64,000 nucleotides of DNA, taken from an uncultured archaeon. Lineage in GTDB: Archaea > Asgardarchaeota > Lokiarchaeia > Sigyniarchaeales > SOKP01. The position numbers and the translations under genes were made by a program. The stretch spans positions 1 through 64,000 of the forward strand of contig CAZBPC010000002.1 of assembly GCA_964493715.1 (NCBI GenBank), read 5' to 3'. The notes beneath the pieces are model-generated. The model ran no database searches. It had not been told where the DNA came from and worked only from the letters and a program-made list of their open reading frames with translations. The number at the start of each line of letters is the position of its first letter. The stretch's first letter is position 1. This document shows, piece by piece, positions 21,071-30,993 of the stretch.

Positions 21071-21482
21071 TTTGAGCCAAATAAATTCACTTGAGAAAAG
21101 TACCTTTAAAAATAATTCGTTTTCAGAAGAAACTATTGAACAACTAATTTTCCATAACACTTTTTTTTTGAAAATTGTAAATAACGATGAAAAAATAATC
21201 GGATTCGTAATAGCATTAGAGCAAGAAAGAAATAAACTCAATATTATAAATTTCCTCATAAGAGAAGATTATCGAAATATGGGATTAGGCTCTTATCTCC
21301 TAAATCATATATTAACGGAAGTCAAGAAATCAAAAAATTTTGATCGAATCATATTAAATGTACGAACGTCTAATCTAATCGCTCTTAAGCTGTATAAAAA
21401 TCATAATTTTCATATTGTCAGAGAAATTGATAATTATTACTACAAAGGGGATAATGCTTACTTAATGGAGCTTAAGTTCTAG
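21042..21482 (+). CDS. RimI/Ard1-type N-acetyltransferase
   Basis: YRNMGLGSYLL, LNVRTSN, NYYYKGDNAYLM. Confidence 0.88.
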   Translation: MRIEKVKINDLSQINSLEKSTFKNNSFSEETIEQLIFHNTFFLKIVNNDEKIIGFVIALEQERNKLNIINFLIREDYRNMGLGSYLLNHILTEVKKSKNFDRIILNVRTSNLIALKLYKNHNFHIVREIDNYYYKGDNAYLMELKF

Positions 21483-21585
21483 CTTTTTACTATTAACTTA
21501 AACTTATAAATAAAAACTATTATAATATCAGTATAAATAAATGCTTTAAATTCAGATTAATAATCAAAAGAGAGGTTGAGGTATA

Positions 21586-21738
21586 ATGACCCCATTCGAT
21601 AATGAACTGAAAGAGGAAATAAAAAAGGGTGTTACTCTCCAAAAAGTAGATGAAGAAGAAATGAAGAAACGTGAGGAAGAAAAGAAGAAGCGGATGGAAG
21701 AATTGGAGATGATTAAAAAAGCTCTTGGAGATAAATGA
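21586..21738 (+). CDS. 50-aa WH2-like (putative actin-binding) small protein (not in ORF track)
   Basis: GAGGT SD then ATG; MTPFDNELKEEIKKGVTLQKVDEEEMKKREEEKKKRMEELEMIKKALGDK; followed by a T-rich terminator. Confidence 0.7.
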   Translation: MTPFDNELKEEIKKGVTLQKVDEEEMKKREEEKKKRMEELEMIKKALGDK

Positions 21739-21863
21739 TTATTTTTTTTTACTATTTTTTTTATTTAGTTTTGTAATTTGAAGTATAAATTTATTGGAAA
21801 AATTACTTTTCTAATACTATTACTATTTATTTTTAACCCTTTCATAAGAAAGATTGATTGGTT

Positions 21864-22937
21864 ATGAAAATTCTGGAAAAAAATGATAAAACAGGAGAAA
21901 TAACGGTTCAAATTGAGACCTTAAACGATTTATGGAGCCTATACAATGTAATAGCAGAGAATGATCAAGTTGCTGCTCGAACACAAAGAAGAATTGTATT
22001 AAAAGAAGGATCAAAAGGAGAGCGTAAGCCAATGTACCTTAAAATTAATGTAGAAGGTGTCTCATTTCATGAATTTTCTAATCGCTTAAGGATCAAAGGT
22101 ACAATATTAGAAGGACCTGAAGATTTTGTAAGTTTTGGGACCTATCATACTTTAAATATTGAAATTGGTCAAACATTAGTTATTAAAAAGGAGAATTGGT
22201 TGAGAAGCGAAATAAAGAGATTAAATGAAAAATCTAAATTTGAAACAAATTTTAATATGATTATAGTTGCTATAGAAGCAGGTTTGGCCACAATCTCCCT
22301 CACAACAAATTTCAGCCATAAAAGAATTGCTACCATAAAAAAAAATATACCAGGAAAACGATATGAGCAAACACACAGAAATAAAGCATATGAAGAATTT
22401 TTTTTAGAAATTGAAAAAATACTTGAAGAAAATATAAAGATTAATGAAATTAATTTGATTGTTTTATGCGGACCTGGAAGCACCAGAAATCACTTTTTAA
22501 CTTATTTGAAAGAAAATGTAAAAGCACCTTACCAGAATAAAATTCAAAACTTTCATGCAAGTTCTGGGACTGAAAGTGGAATCATCGAAATTCTAAAATC
22601 TAAAAAATTAATGAGTATAAAAAATAATGTAAAAATACTACAGGAGAGTCAAAAAATAGAAGAGATCTTTACACTGTTTGACAAAAACCCTGATCTTGTC
22701 GCTATCGGCTTTGATGAGATAGATGTTGCATCGCAAAAAGGTGCAGTAAAAGAATTATTTCTTGCTGATACCCTAATTAGAGGAGCAATGAAAAATCAAA
22801 AACTACAAATTGAAAGAATAATAAGTAATGTAGAGAGATCACAAGGTATAATCCACATTATGAATAGTGAGCATCCAACTGGCCAACGTATCGATGATTT
22901 AGGTTCTCTCGTAGCAATATTAAGATATAAGGTTTAA
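21864..22937 (+). CDS. pelA: Pelota/Dom34 ribosome rescue factor
   Basis: LNDLWSL, FHEFSNRLRIKG, GTYHT, IPGKRY, LVAILRY. Confidence 0.93.
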   Translation: MKILEKNDKTGEITVQIETLNDLWSLYNVIAENDQVAARTQRRIVLKEGSKGERKPMYLKINVEGVSFHEFSNRLRIKGTILEGPEDFVSFGTYHTLNIEIGQTLVIKKENWLRSEIKRLNEKSKFETNFNMIIVAIEAGLATISLTTNFSHKRIATIKKNIPGKRYEQTHRNKAYEEFFLEIEKILEENIKINEINLIVLCGPGSTRNHFLTYLKENVKAPYQNKIQNFHASSGTESGIIEILKSKKLMSIKNNVKILQESQKIEEIFTLFDKNPDLVAIGFDEIDVASQKGAVKELFLADTLIRGAMKNQKLQIERIISNVERSQGIIHIMNSEHPTGQRIDDLGSLVAILRYKV

Positions 22938-22955
22938 TCAATAATGGTGTAATGA

Positions 22956-23987
22956 ATGCATCAAGATATTATTTATGTCAATGAAGCATCTAATATCCCC
23001 TTGATGGGAGTAGATTTTTTAGGTTTAATTGATCGTGGTACAAACATTATTGAGATTAAGCCCATAACATTATGCAATTTGAAATGTAAGTATTGTTTCG
23101 TTAGTGCTGGAGATTATAGAACAAATTTTATCGTGAGTTCGAAATATATAATAAAAGGAATAAAAAAAATAACAGAAATTAAAGGAGCTCACGATTTAGA
23201 GATTCATATTGCGCCATATGGTGAAAGTTTACTTTATCCTGAATTATATGATTTATTGACGAAATTATGGAATATTGAAGGAATCTCTACAATTTCTATG
23301 CAAAGTAATGGATTATTATTAACAGAAAAAAAAATCAACATGTTGGAATCATTAAATCTCTCAAGAATAAATATTAGTTTAAACACACTTAATGAAAATC
23401 TCGCAAGAAAATTGTGTGGTTGCAAAGTTTATGGTGTTAATGAATTATTAGATATTTTAAATTTACTTATCGCATCAAAAATAGATGTACTTATTGCACC
23501 AGTATGGTTTCCAGGGAAAAATGACATAGATATTGAAAATATTATTAAATATGTAATCTACTTAAAAAATCAAGGATATAAGCAAATCCCAAAAATTGGG
23601 ATACAAAAATATTTAGTTTATAAAACTGGTAGAAAGCTCAGCAGAACTTATCCAAAATCTTGGGGATATTTCTATGAGCAACTTACGAAATTAGAAAAAA
23701 AATATGGATTAAAGTTAAAACTAGGACCTAAAGATTTTGGAATTCATAGAAGAGAATCGATCTCTACCTTAAATTTAAAAAAAAATGACGAAATAAAATT
23801 AGTAATAATATCTAAAGGACGTTGGGAACAAGAATGTATTGGTAAAATTACTAAAGAGATAGGTATTAAGGTACTATTGCAAAAACCCCTTAAATTTACA
23901 GATAATATGATTGGTAAAGAAATTAAAGTAAAGATTATAAAAGCTAATTATAAAGATAATATTCTAACTGCTAGATATCCTACCTAA
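22956..23987 (+). CDS. Radical SAM protein with C-terminal TRAM-like domain
   Basis: GLIDRGTNIIEIKP, CNLKCKYC, GIQKYL..KTGR. Confidence 0.85.
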   Translation: MHQDIIYVNEASNIPLMGVDFLGLIDRGTNIIEIKPITLCNLKCKYCFVSAGDYRTNFIVSSKYIIKGIKKITEIKGAHDLEIHIAPYGESLLYPELYDLLTKLWNIEGISTISMQSNGLLLTEKKINMLESLNLSRINISLNTLNENLARKLCGCKVYGVNELLDILNLLIASKIDVLIAPVWFPGKNDIDIENIIKYVIYLKNQGYKQIPKIGIQKYLVYKTGRKLSRTYPKSWGYFYEQLTKLEKKYGLKLKLGPKDFGIHRRESISTLNLKKNDEIKLVIISKGRWEQECIGKITKEIGIKVLLQKPLKFTDNMIGKEIKVKIIKANYKDNILTARYPT

Positions 23988-24078
23988 TTAAATCACTTTG
24001 AAAAACCTAAAAATTATAATATCAAAATGCTATTAAATTAATATTAAATGTAATGATTATTTATTCGAGTTGAAAATT

Positions 24079-24702
24079 ATGAGTCCTATTATAACGCATG
24101 AAGATGAGCTAGAATTAGCCAAAACTGAACAAGAACTCGTTAAAGAAATTAAAAAACTTGCGAAAGCTCAATCAGCACTTGTAAATTCTCAGAAAAAGTA
24201 TGCGGAAAACTTAACTAAAGCGACTCTTGCAAGAGAAATGATGAATCGAACTTATAGAGATGTTTTAAAACAAATGCAAACATTAGTGAGAGAAAGACGA
24301 TCTAATATTAAAGACGAAGAAGTCCAGTTGTTTGATGATATTATTCATCAAAATGATAAATATATTGAAGCTAACAAGAGTTATATTGATTCTATAAAAA
24401 ATCTTACTCTAAAAAAGGATTATTTAATTGAAAAAAAAGAAGAATTTGCTGACGCATTAAACGAAGTAGCCCAAAGGAGAAGTGTCATCATAAAAAAAGC
24501 TCTATTTGTAGAAAAAAAGAAAAATAGCTTGGAAGAAGGCGAAAAAATAAAAATTTATGAATCCGAACTAGATGATATCCAAAGAGAATTTGATAGAGCT
24601 CGAGACGTAATGCTTAAAAAAATTAATCAATTTTTACAAGTTAGAGACGAGGTAGACAACTTGTGGTTAAAAGTAAAAGATACAGTATCCAAGTCAAGCT
24701 AA
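24079..24702 (+). CDS. All-helical coiled-coil protein
   Basis: ~207 aa of heptad-rich sequence, nearly lacking Pro and Gly. Confidence 0.7.
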   Translation: MSPIITHEDELELAKTEQELVKEIKKLAKAQSALVNSQKKYAENLTKATLAREMMNRTYRDVLKQMQTLVRERRSNIKDEEVQLFDDIIHQNDKYIEANKSYIDSIKNLTLKKDYLIEKKEEFADALNEVAQRRSVIIKKALFVEKKKNSLEEGEKIKIYESELDDIQREFDRARDVMLKKINQFLQVRDEVDNLWLKVKDTVSKSS

Positions 24703-24839
24703 CTAATTCTTCATTATTTTTTTACCAATTTTGATTTAATGACTTTTCATAGGTCACTACTTAAATTTATTAAACATCTCTAACATATAATTATTAAAAA
24801 TTTCTATGAAAATCAGTAATTAATTATCGGGATTAAAAA

Positions 24840-25307
24840 ATGTGTGCAGAAGAATTTACCAGCTTTTTAGAAAATGCTCGTAAATCTCCGATTGAAGAAA
24901 AGATCAATGCTTTTGGAGACATCGTTGAAAAAATGATGATCATGTTCCTAAGGATTCCAGATCTTGTTGATCAAGCCTTACTTACAATTAATCAGCAAAT
25001 AACAACAATGGAATCACGAATTAATACGATAAATACAGAAGTATCTAATATAAAGACAAAATCTACCCTTTCAACTCCAATTGTAGCCACACCTACCGCT
25101 CCGAGTAGTGCGCCTCCTCCATCAGGAGGACCACCTGGAAGACCACCTGGAGGACCACCTGGAGGACCACCTGGAGGACCACCTGGAGGACCACCGCCTC
25201 CACCTGGAGGACCACCTGGAGCTGCTCGTCCTGCAAATCCCCAAAGTTTAAGGGGAGCAATAATGGGTGAATTAAAGCAATTATTTGCCAAACGGAACCA
25301 AGGTTAA
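24840..25307 (+). CDS. Coiled-coil plus polyproline (PPGG)n protein with a C-terminal WH2-like helix
   Basis: Repeated GGPP, ending SLRGAIMGELKQLFAKR. Confidence 0.75.
   Translation: MCAEEFTSFLENARKSPIEEKINAFGDIVEKMMIMFLRIPDLVDQALLTINQQITTMESRINTINTEVSNIKTKSTLSTPIVATPTAPSSAPPPSGGPPGRPPGGPPGGPPGGPPGGPPPPPGGPPGAARPANPQSLRGAIMGELKQLFAKRNQG
25125..25217 (+). repeat. 12-bp coding tandem repeat GGAGGACCACCT (~7 copies)
   Basis: Directly visible; encodes GGPP. Confidence 0.95.
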
Positions 25308-25665
25308 TATATTATAGCATTTAAGTACTTCATTTATCTTATTAGATGTTTATTCCAATAACTTGTACCACTCTATCTTATTTTTTGACCTAAAACTATT
25401 AAAATGAGAAAATAATTTAGCTTGCTGAATCAGTTTATCCAGAAGCTGATTCTCAAATTAGAAGATTTGGAGTATATTTAGCAAGTTTTCTAACATCAAG
25501 ATATAATCCGATTGGTAATAACCTGATGATTCTCTTTAACAATTGGAGTCAATTCATTCATAAAAATCAATTATACCAAGAGAAAATCATTAAAGAAATT
25601 CTGAGCCTGCCGCTATGGAAGCATATATTAAATCCTGTAAAAGATATTATTTTGAATTTGAAGTA

Positions 25666-26244
25666 TTAAAACTCTAGAAAGCCTGGATCATCAAAAATGT
25701 CTTCGATTTTCTTTTCCCGCTTTACTTTACCTTCAGTTTCATCAAATAATGAATCTTCATCAGTTTTTATACCTTTTTCAAGTTCAAGAGTATCTAATTG
25801 CTGTAAAGCTCCCTTTTCAAGTTGTTTATACTCTTCGGATTTCATGCGCCAATGATTAGCATCTTCTAATTTATTACCTTCTTCCTCTTCCAAGGCGATT
25901 GCTGCTTTTGCTCGGCAAATGTCTGATAAAATAGAATATGATAATGCCAATTCACCCCATTCATTCCCTTTTTTTAATTTAAAGATTCTTTTTTCTAATC
26001 TTTGTAACTCTTGGTCTGCATAATAAACATCGATGAAATCCCCAAATGCATCAACTGGTTCAGATATGGAATTTACTATTACATCCTTATTCAATCCACA
26101 ATATCCACATTTAACCGTTGCAATAGCAGATTTTCTTATATTTTCTACTTTGACGGATTTTTCTCCGCAATTAGGACATGTAAAGATCTTTGGTACTCTC
26201 TTTACTCGTTTGTATGATTGCTGCTTTCTTTTTCTTCTTCCCAT
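25666..26244 (-). CDS. elf1: Transcription elongation factor Elf1-like, with helical/acidic C-terminal extension
   Basis: MGRRKRK...FTCPNC...CGYCG...EPVDAFGDFID. Confidence 0.85.
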   Translation of the reverse strand: MGRRKRKQQSYKRVKRVPKIFTCPNCGEKSVKVENIRKSAIATVKCGYCGLNKDVIVNSISEPVDAFGDFIDVYYADQELQRLEKRIFKLKKGNEWGELALSYSILSDICRAKAAIALEEEEGNKLEDANHWRMKSEEYKQLEKGALQQLDTLELEKGIKTDEDSLFDETEGKVKREKKIEDIFDDPGFLEF

Positions 26245-26415
26245 AGAACTTCACGTGAAAATGATTACAATAATGATATATAAACCAAAACTAAAAAAAT
26301 TTAGCTTTTTTAATGAGAAATTAAAGTATACCATAAAATTTTTTAGGAATGCTTAATTATGATAAGTACTCTTTTTGATTGAAATGATTAAAATTAAGGT
26401 GAGTGGACAATAGGC

Positions 26416-27516
26416 ATGGAACATAAGTCTCTATCAATAGAAGAAGATGAAAATTTGTTAATCAAGATCCTTGATGATGCAGATATGCGTTACATAATAC
26501 TGTATATGTATATAATTCGAAATGATTTGCTAAAGGATCTTAGTGATTCTAAAATGATAGAATCTTATGAACGTGTTTTAATCTTGGATGAAATATTTAA
26601 AAATAATATAATTGAATTTTGGGATGAAGAATTCATTGAAATAATGATAGATCTGGGTCTATTCAAAAATATAAGAAGTTTGGGAGAGTATAACAAATTA
26701 GAAGGAGATTTTATCCTAAAGTTAGGAGAAGAAACCATTACAATTGAAAACAACACGATTTCTGTACCCGATGATATTCTCTTCTTAATTATTAAAAAAA
26801 AATTCAAATTTTTGAACAGAAGGAATTTCAATCTCGCACTTACGAGATTAAAAGGAGTCAGTTGTGAAAAAAGCAGTATTATTCATCCTTTTATTTATGA
26901 AATTGGAGATCACGACTTTACTCTTTCTAATGATCTTTATTATATATTGGATCAATTTGGAAATGTATATCAATCAGTTAAAATTGAAATTACAATTGAA
27001 GGATTTTACCAAAGATTTGAAGAATTACTTGAAAAAGTCAATAATTTTATTGATATATTTGATCCCGTTTTAAATTCTAAACCAGGAATGAAAAGGATTG
27101 ATGAGGCTCTAGAACAAAACAAAGAAGTCATATCATTTCTAAAAGATTCAAAAATTCAACTTTCAGATAAATTTAATTTAGAAAATGTTGAAAAGTCAGA
27201 TGATACATATAAGAAGTGGTATACACAATTAACGATTTTACTAAATTCGAGGTATCAATTAAATAAGATTCAAGATAAACTGAATGAATTAAGAAGTTAT
27301 TATTCAGGAAAAAAAAAAAAAAATAATTATCTTGAATTTATTGAAAAAATCTCGTTTAATGAAAATGGAATAGTTAATACTATTCAAAACACACTCATCA
27401 AATTAAGAAAAGAAATTGTTGAAATTAATACTCAAATTTCGGATTTTACAAAAAAAAAATTAAAATTATTAAATTTAGATTATGAAAGAATAATTGTTGA
27501 AAGCAAGAATGAATAA
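26416..27516 (+). CDS. Hypothetical protein (C-terminal coiled coil)
   Basis: 366-aa ORF, first gene of a tight operon. Confidence 0.7.
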   Translation: MEHKSLSIEEDENLLIKILDDADMRYIILYMYIIRNDLLKDLSDSKMIESYERVLILDEIFKNNIIEFWDEEFIEIMIDLGLFKNIRSLGEYNKLEGDFILKLGEETITIENNTISVPDDILFLIIKKKFKFLNRRNFNLALTRLKGVSCEKSSIIHPFIYEIGDHDFTLSNDLYYILDQFGNVYQSVKIEITIEGFYQRFEELLEKVNNFIDIFDPVLNSKPGMKRIDEALEQNKEVISFLKDSKIQLSDKFNLENVEKSDDTYKKWYTQLTILLNSRYQLNKIQDKLNELRSYYSGKKKKNNYLEFIEKISFNENGIVNTIQNTLIKLRKEIVEINTQISDFTKKKLKLLNLDYERIIVESKNE

Positions 27517-27518
27517 TT

Positions 27519-28478
27519 ATGATATGTCCATCATGTAATGTTGAAATGGAACCCCTTGTAGCAGGTATCTTTCAATGCCCTAATTGCAGAAAGATAGTAA
27601 AATCTAAAGAAAAAACAAGTAAAAATGTTTCAGACGAGGGTGAAGATAAAGGAGGATTTTTAGATGGAAATTATTTTCATGACCAGTTAACATTAAATAA
27701 AGAGTATGAAATTTGTGAAAAAGGTATAATTATCAATAAAACAGAAACTAGAGTACTGGCTGCTCTAATTTGCCATAGTCCATTGTTAAAGAGTGAAAGA
27801 TACGTTCGACTTTCATGGTGGAAAACATATCAACACGCAGGAATGCTTAAAATTTATGAAAGTCACGTTCTAACTAACCTAATTAAAGCCTTAGAAAAAT
27901 TTGATGAATCTTTTGATGATTTGTGGAACTGGAAAGGAAAATTTGATAAAAAGGATTCAAAAACTGAAGAGGATCTAGAAAAAGAGAAAAAATTAGACAT
28001 CATTAAATATCGTATATTAGAGAATCGAACATGCCCTAATTGCCAACAGAAAATGGAAAAACATAAATCTCATTATATCTGTCAACATTGTTCAGAAATT
28101 GTTATTTTAGAAGGATATAATCAACCAATTTTTAATATCGATTCTAAAGATCTTGATTTGAGATTTCATAGTAATTTTCCCATTAATTTTTATATGCCTA
28201 CAAGTGGAATAACCATCAAATGGCTTGTAGGTGAATGGAAAGCTATAGTCGTTATTTATTCAAATAATAACCCTAATAGACGCTGGCTTAGATTTTATTG
28301 GTGGACTCGGGATTTAAGTAAATTAATAAAATATGGACAAAGGGAGATGACTGAAGGTACTCAAATGGGATGGAAAGCGCAAAAGGGAGTGTCTTCTCCA
28401 AATATATTTGATAAAAAGAATATTAGACCATTGATTAATGCTTTGGAAAAGATTTCTAATGAATTAAATTGGAACTAA
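27519..28478 (+). CDS. Hypothetical protein with two Zn ribbons and an internally duplicated domain
   Basis: CPSC..CPNC and CPNC..CQHC; RYVRLSWWK / RWLRFYWWTR repeats. Confidence 0.75.
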   Translation: MICPSCNVEMEPLVAGIFQCPNCRKIVKSKEKTSKNVSDEGEDKGGFLDGNYFHDQLTLNKEYEICEKGIIINKTETRVLAALICHSPLLKSERYVRLSWWKTYQHAGMLKIYESHVLTNLIKALEKFDESFDDLWNWKGKFDKKDSKTEEDLEKEKKLDIIKYRILENRTCPNCQQKMEKHKSHYICQHCSEIVILEGYNQPIFNIDSKDLDLRFHSNFPINFYMPTSGITIKWLVGEWKAIVVIYSNNNPNRRWLRFYWWTRDLSKLIKYGQREMTEGTQMGWKAQKGVSSPNIFDKKNIRPLINALEKISNELNWN

Positions 28479-28495
28479 AATAGGAAAGAGAAAAA

Positions 28496-29635
28496 ATGGA
28501 AAAAAGAACGAATTCTTCATGGCAAAACCTCTTACAATCATTTGAAAAAGGGCTTGAATTGGCAATCGATCAAGTAAAAAAACGTGATGTTGAAAGCATA
28601 CCTGGAGCAAAAGATGCATTAGTTCAACGGCTTGAAAATATGAAATTACACTTTCCTAGGAATAATGGTGATTTATTTAAGAAAGCAGTAAATGAAAAAA
28701 TCCAATTTTTTTTTTTCCCTAAAACTAAAAATTTCTCTGAAGCATTTAGTAAGATTTTAAATTCCCGGACCCATGAACAAGATTTTATAATAAATGAGTT
28801 ACTCAATGGTTTTGTCACCTCCAAGGCAAAAGCAATCGCCTCGGGAACGCAAGTGCCTATTATAGATAGGATGGTAGAAGCTTTTAGTAAAAGAAATGAT
28901 TTCCACATAGTGGATCATCAATTTTATGCTATGTTTGGGGATCCAAATAAACCTCGACATTATGTTAAAAACCAACTTGAAGAACTTGTCAATATGTTTG
29001 GATTAATCTCTAAGAAGCTTATCATTGAGAAAGATGTAAGACGAAGTGAGGAGAAAGTTTATACTTTTTACACCTTTCCTGATGATATTATTAAAATCCT
29101 TGAAGAAAAATACCTAATACTTGATACTAAATTAGGATATGCTTATGTTTCTAAAAATTTTGATAGAAATGTATTTATATGTATGTTTTTAGCAAATGTA
29201 GCAATTAACAGTGATAATATTGAAAAAATTGGAGGTTCTTATACCATAAATGGAATTTGTGCCATTTTTGCATTAATTTTATTACTGAGTTTTATGCCAA
29301 AACTATCCGTGGACGAAACAAATCCAATTTTAAATGATCCTGGTTATAATGAAAGTAATATGAGTGTTATTCCAAAATCTTGGATGATGCGACAAGTTTT
29401 AGAGCCATTATTTGAACCACTGATTAAAATTATTGCTTATAGATTAGGGGGAGGTTTATGGCTATCAAAAGTTATTGATTCAGAAATAAATAAAAGGATT
29501 CACAATCAAATACGTTTCTTATTAAAAGATGTCAATAAATGGGTGTTGGGTGAACTAGTACGTGTAGAGATTCCAATTTTTGTAGAAATTGCGAATATCT
29601 TTGCAGAAATTGTAGTTGGATATGATAAAGAATAA
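28496..29635 (+). CDS. Hypothetical protein
   Basis: 379-aa ORF in operon. Confidence 0.7.
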   Translation: MEKRTNSSWQNLLQSFEKGLELAIDQVKKRDVESIPGAKDALVQRLENMKLHFPRNNGDLFKKAVNEKIQFFFFPKTKNFSEAFSKILNSRTHEQDFIINELLNGFVTSKAKAIASGTQVPIIDRMVEAFSKRNDFHIVDHQFYAMFGDPNKPRHYVKNQLEELVNMFGLISKKLIIEKDVRRSEEKVYTFYTFPDDIIKILEEKYLILDTKLGYAYVSKNFDRNVFICMFLANVAINSDNIEKIGGSYTINGICAIFALILLLSFMPKLSVDETNPILNDPGYNESNMSVIPKSWMMRQVLEPLFEPLIKIIAYRLGGGLWLSKVIDSEINKRIHNQIRFLLKDVNKWVLGELVRVEIPIFVEIANIFAEIVVGYDKE

Positions 29636-29658
29636 ATTAACTATTAAAATGAGATATC

Positions 29659-30960
29659 ATGAGTTATTCAAAAAAACCTGCAAGAAAATCTGGACGTAAG
29701 CGCGAGAAATGGACTGATATTTTACCAAGATACCTTACATTTATTAGTCATATGAGACCAATTCTTAGAGAAACAAGAAAAATTGTTAGTGATTTGGATG
29801 CAGATTTATTGATAGACACAGAAATCTTAGATAAAATTCGTGAAGAAGAGGAAAAAAGAAATATAAGAAAAGTAAGAGCACTTTCCGAATTCTCTGCAAT
29901 GTATCGATCTAATGTTTATGAAATAATCAAAGGCTTTATTACTAAATATAGAGGAACAATTCCAATTATTGATATTAAAGATTACATCATTGAGTTCTTA
30001 CATGAATCTATCGGTGCTCTATATATTTTAAGACATATAACTAATCCAGATCAAAAAAATTTGGATGATACCTACCTTTATTCTCTTAGCAAATTTATAG
30101 AAGAGCGTTTATTTCATAAAGGTGCAAATTTAAGAATGATATATGAAAAACTTCATAAATTTTCGACGGAATACTATGAATGCCAAAGACATTTATTGCA
30201 ATCACATACCTATTACAGAGAGAAACTAGATAATTCTGATTCATTTGAAATACCAGGAATCTCTCCAAAAATGTATCAAATAATAAACAACATTACATCA
30301 TTGTTTAATCTTGATCCTAGTTTCGGGGTTTTTCCAGAACGACCTGATTATGAAATTCCAATGATTTTAAAAAGTGATATATTTTTACCTTATATCGACT
30401 CTATAGCTAATGCAGAAGAGGAATCTATTGAAAATCTAGCTGAACGAATCGGTATGCGATTAATTGATGATCTATTTTTAGCACCTAAAGAGGAATTTGT
30501 AAATATATTAGAAGAAAATAATTATTTAAGAACAAATAAACAATCCGATGGAACAATAAGATATTTACCTCAATTTAGTAATGAAACCCTTATCTTGCAT
30601 TACCTTGCATTTGTTTCTCAACGGAGGGGTTTTTTATCAAAAGAATTGATTAATTGGATTTCGATGAATTTTGCATTTTTGATATATATGGGGATTTTAA
30701 AATGGAAATTATCAGATGAGAATATCTTTTATTCAATATTTAAAGATTTACAAACTAATGAAAAAATTTTACCTTATTTAATGAAGCTAATTTGTTTTCC
30801 GAATTATCTTGGATTAGATAAAATGAAGATAAGAGACTCAGTTCAATATAGGAAGGAAATATTTAATTTTATAGGATCACAAATTGATAATTTAAAAGAT
30901 CTCATTAATGAAGTTGCACTATTTTGTGAAAAATTTGATAAAGAAAGAAAGAAAAACTAA
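29659..30960 (+). CDS. Hypothetical protein
   Basis: 433-aa ORF in operon. Confidence 0.7.
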   Translation: MSYSKKPARKSGRKREKWTDILPRYLTFISHMRPILRETRKIVSDLDADLLIDTEILDKIREEEEKRNIRKVRALSEFSAMYRSNVYEIIKGFITKYRGTIPIIDIKDYIIEFLHESIGALYILRHITNPDQKNLDDTYLYSLSKFIEERLFHKGANLRMIYEKLHKFSTEYYECQRHLLQSHTYYREKLDNSDSFEIPGISPKMYQIINNITSLFNLDPSFGVFPERPDYEIPMILKSDIFLPYIDSIANAEEESIENLAERIGMRLIDDLFLAPKEEFVNILEENNYLRTNKQSDGTIRYLPQFSNETLILHYLAFVSQRRGFLSKELINWISMNFAFLIYMGILKWKLSDENIFYSIFKDLQTNEKILPYLMKLICFPNYLGLDKMKIRDSVQYRKEIFNFIGSQIDNLKDLINEVALFCEKFDKERKKN

Positions 30961-30993
30961 ATAATAATATACCGAAAAAAGAGATGAAAGAAA

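Noticed and set aside
25125-25217. GC-rich tandem repeat as CRISPR or mobile element
   Set aside because: No spacers; it is an in-frame coding repeat (GGPP). The antisense ORF 24992-25291 is its shadow.
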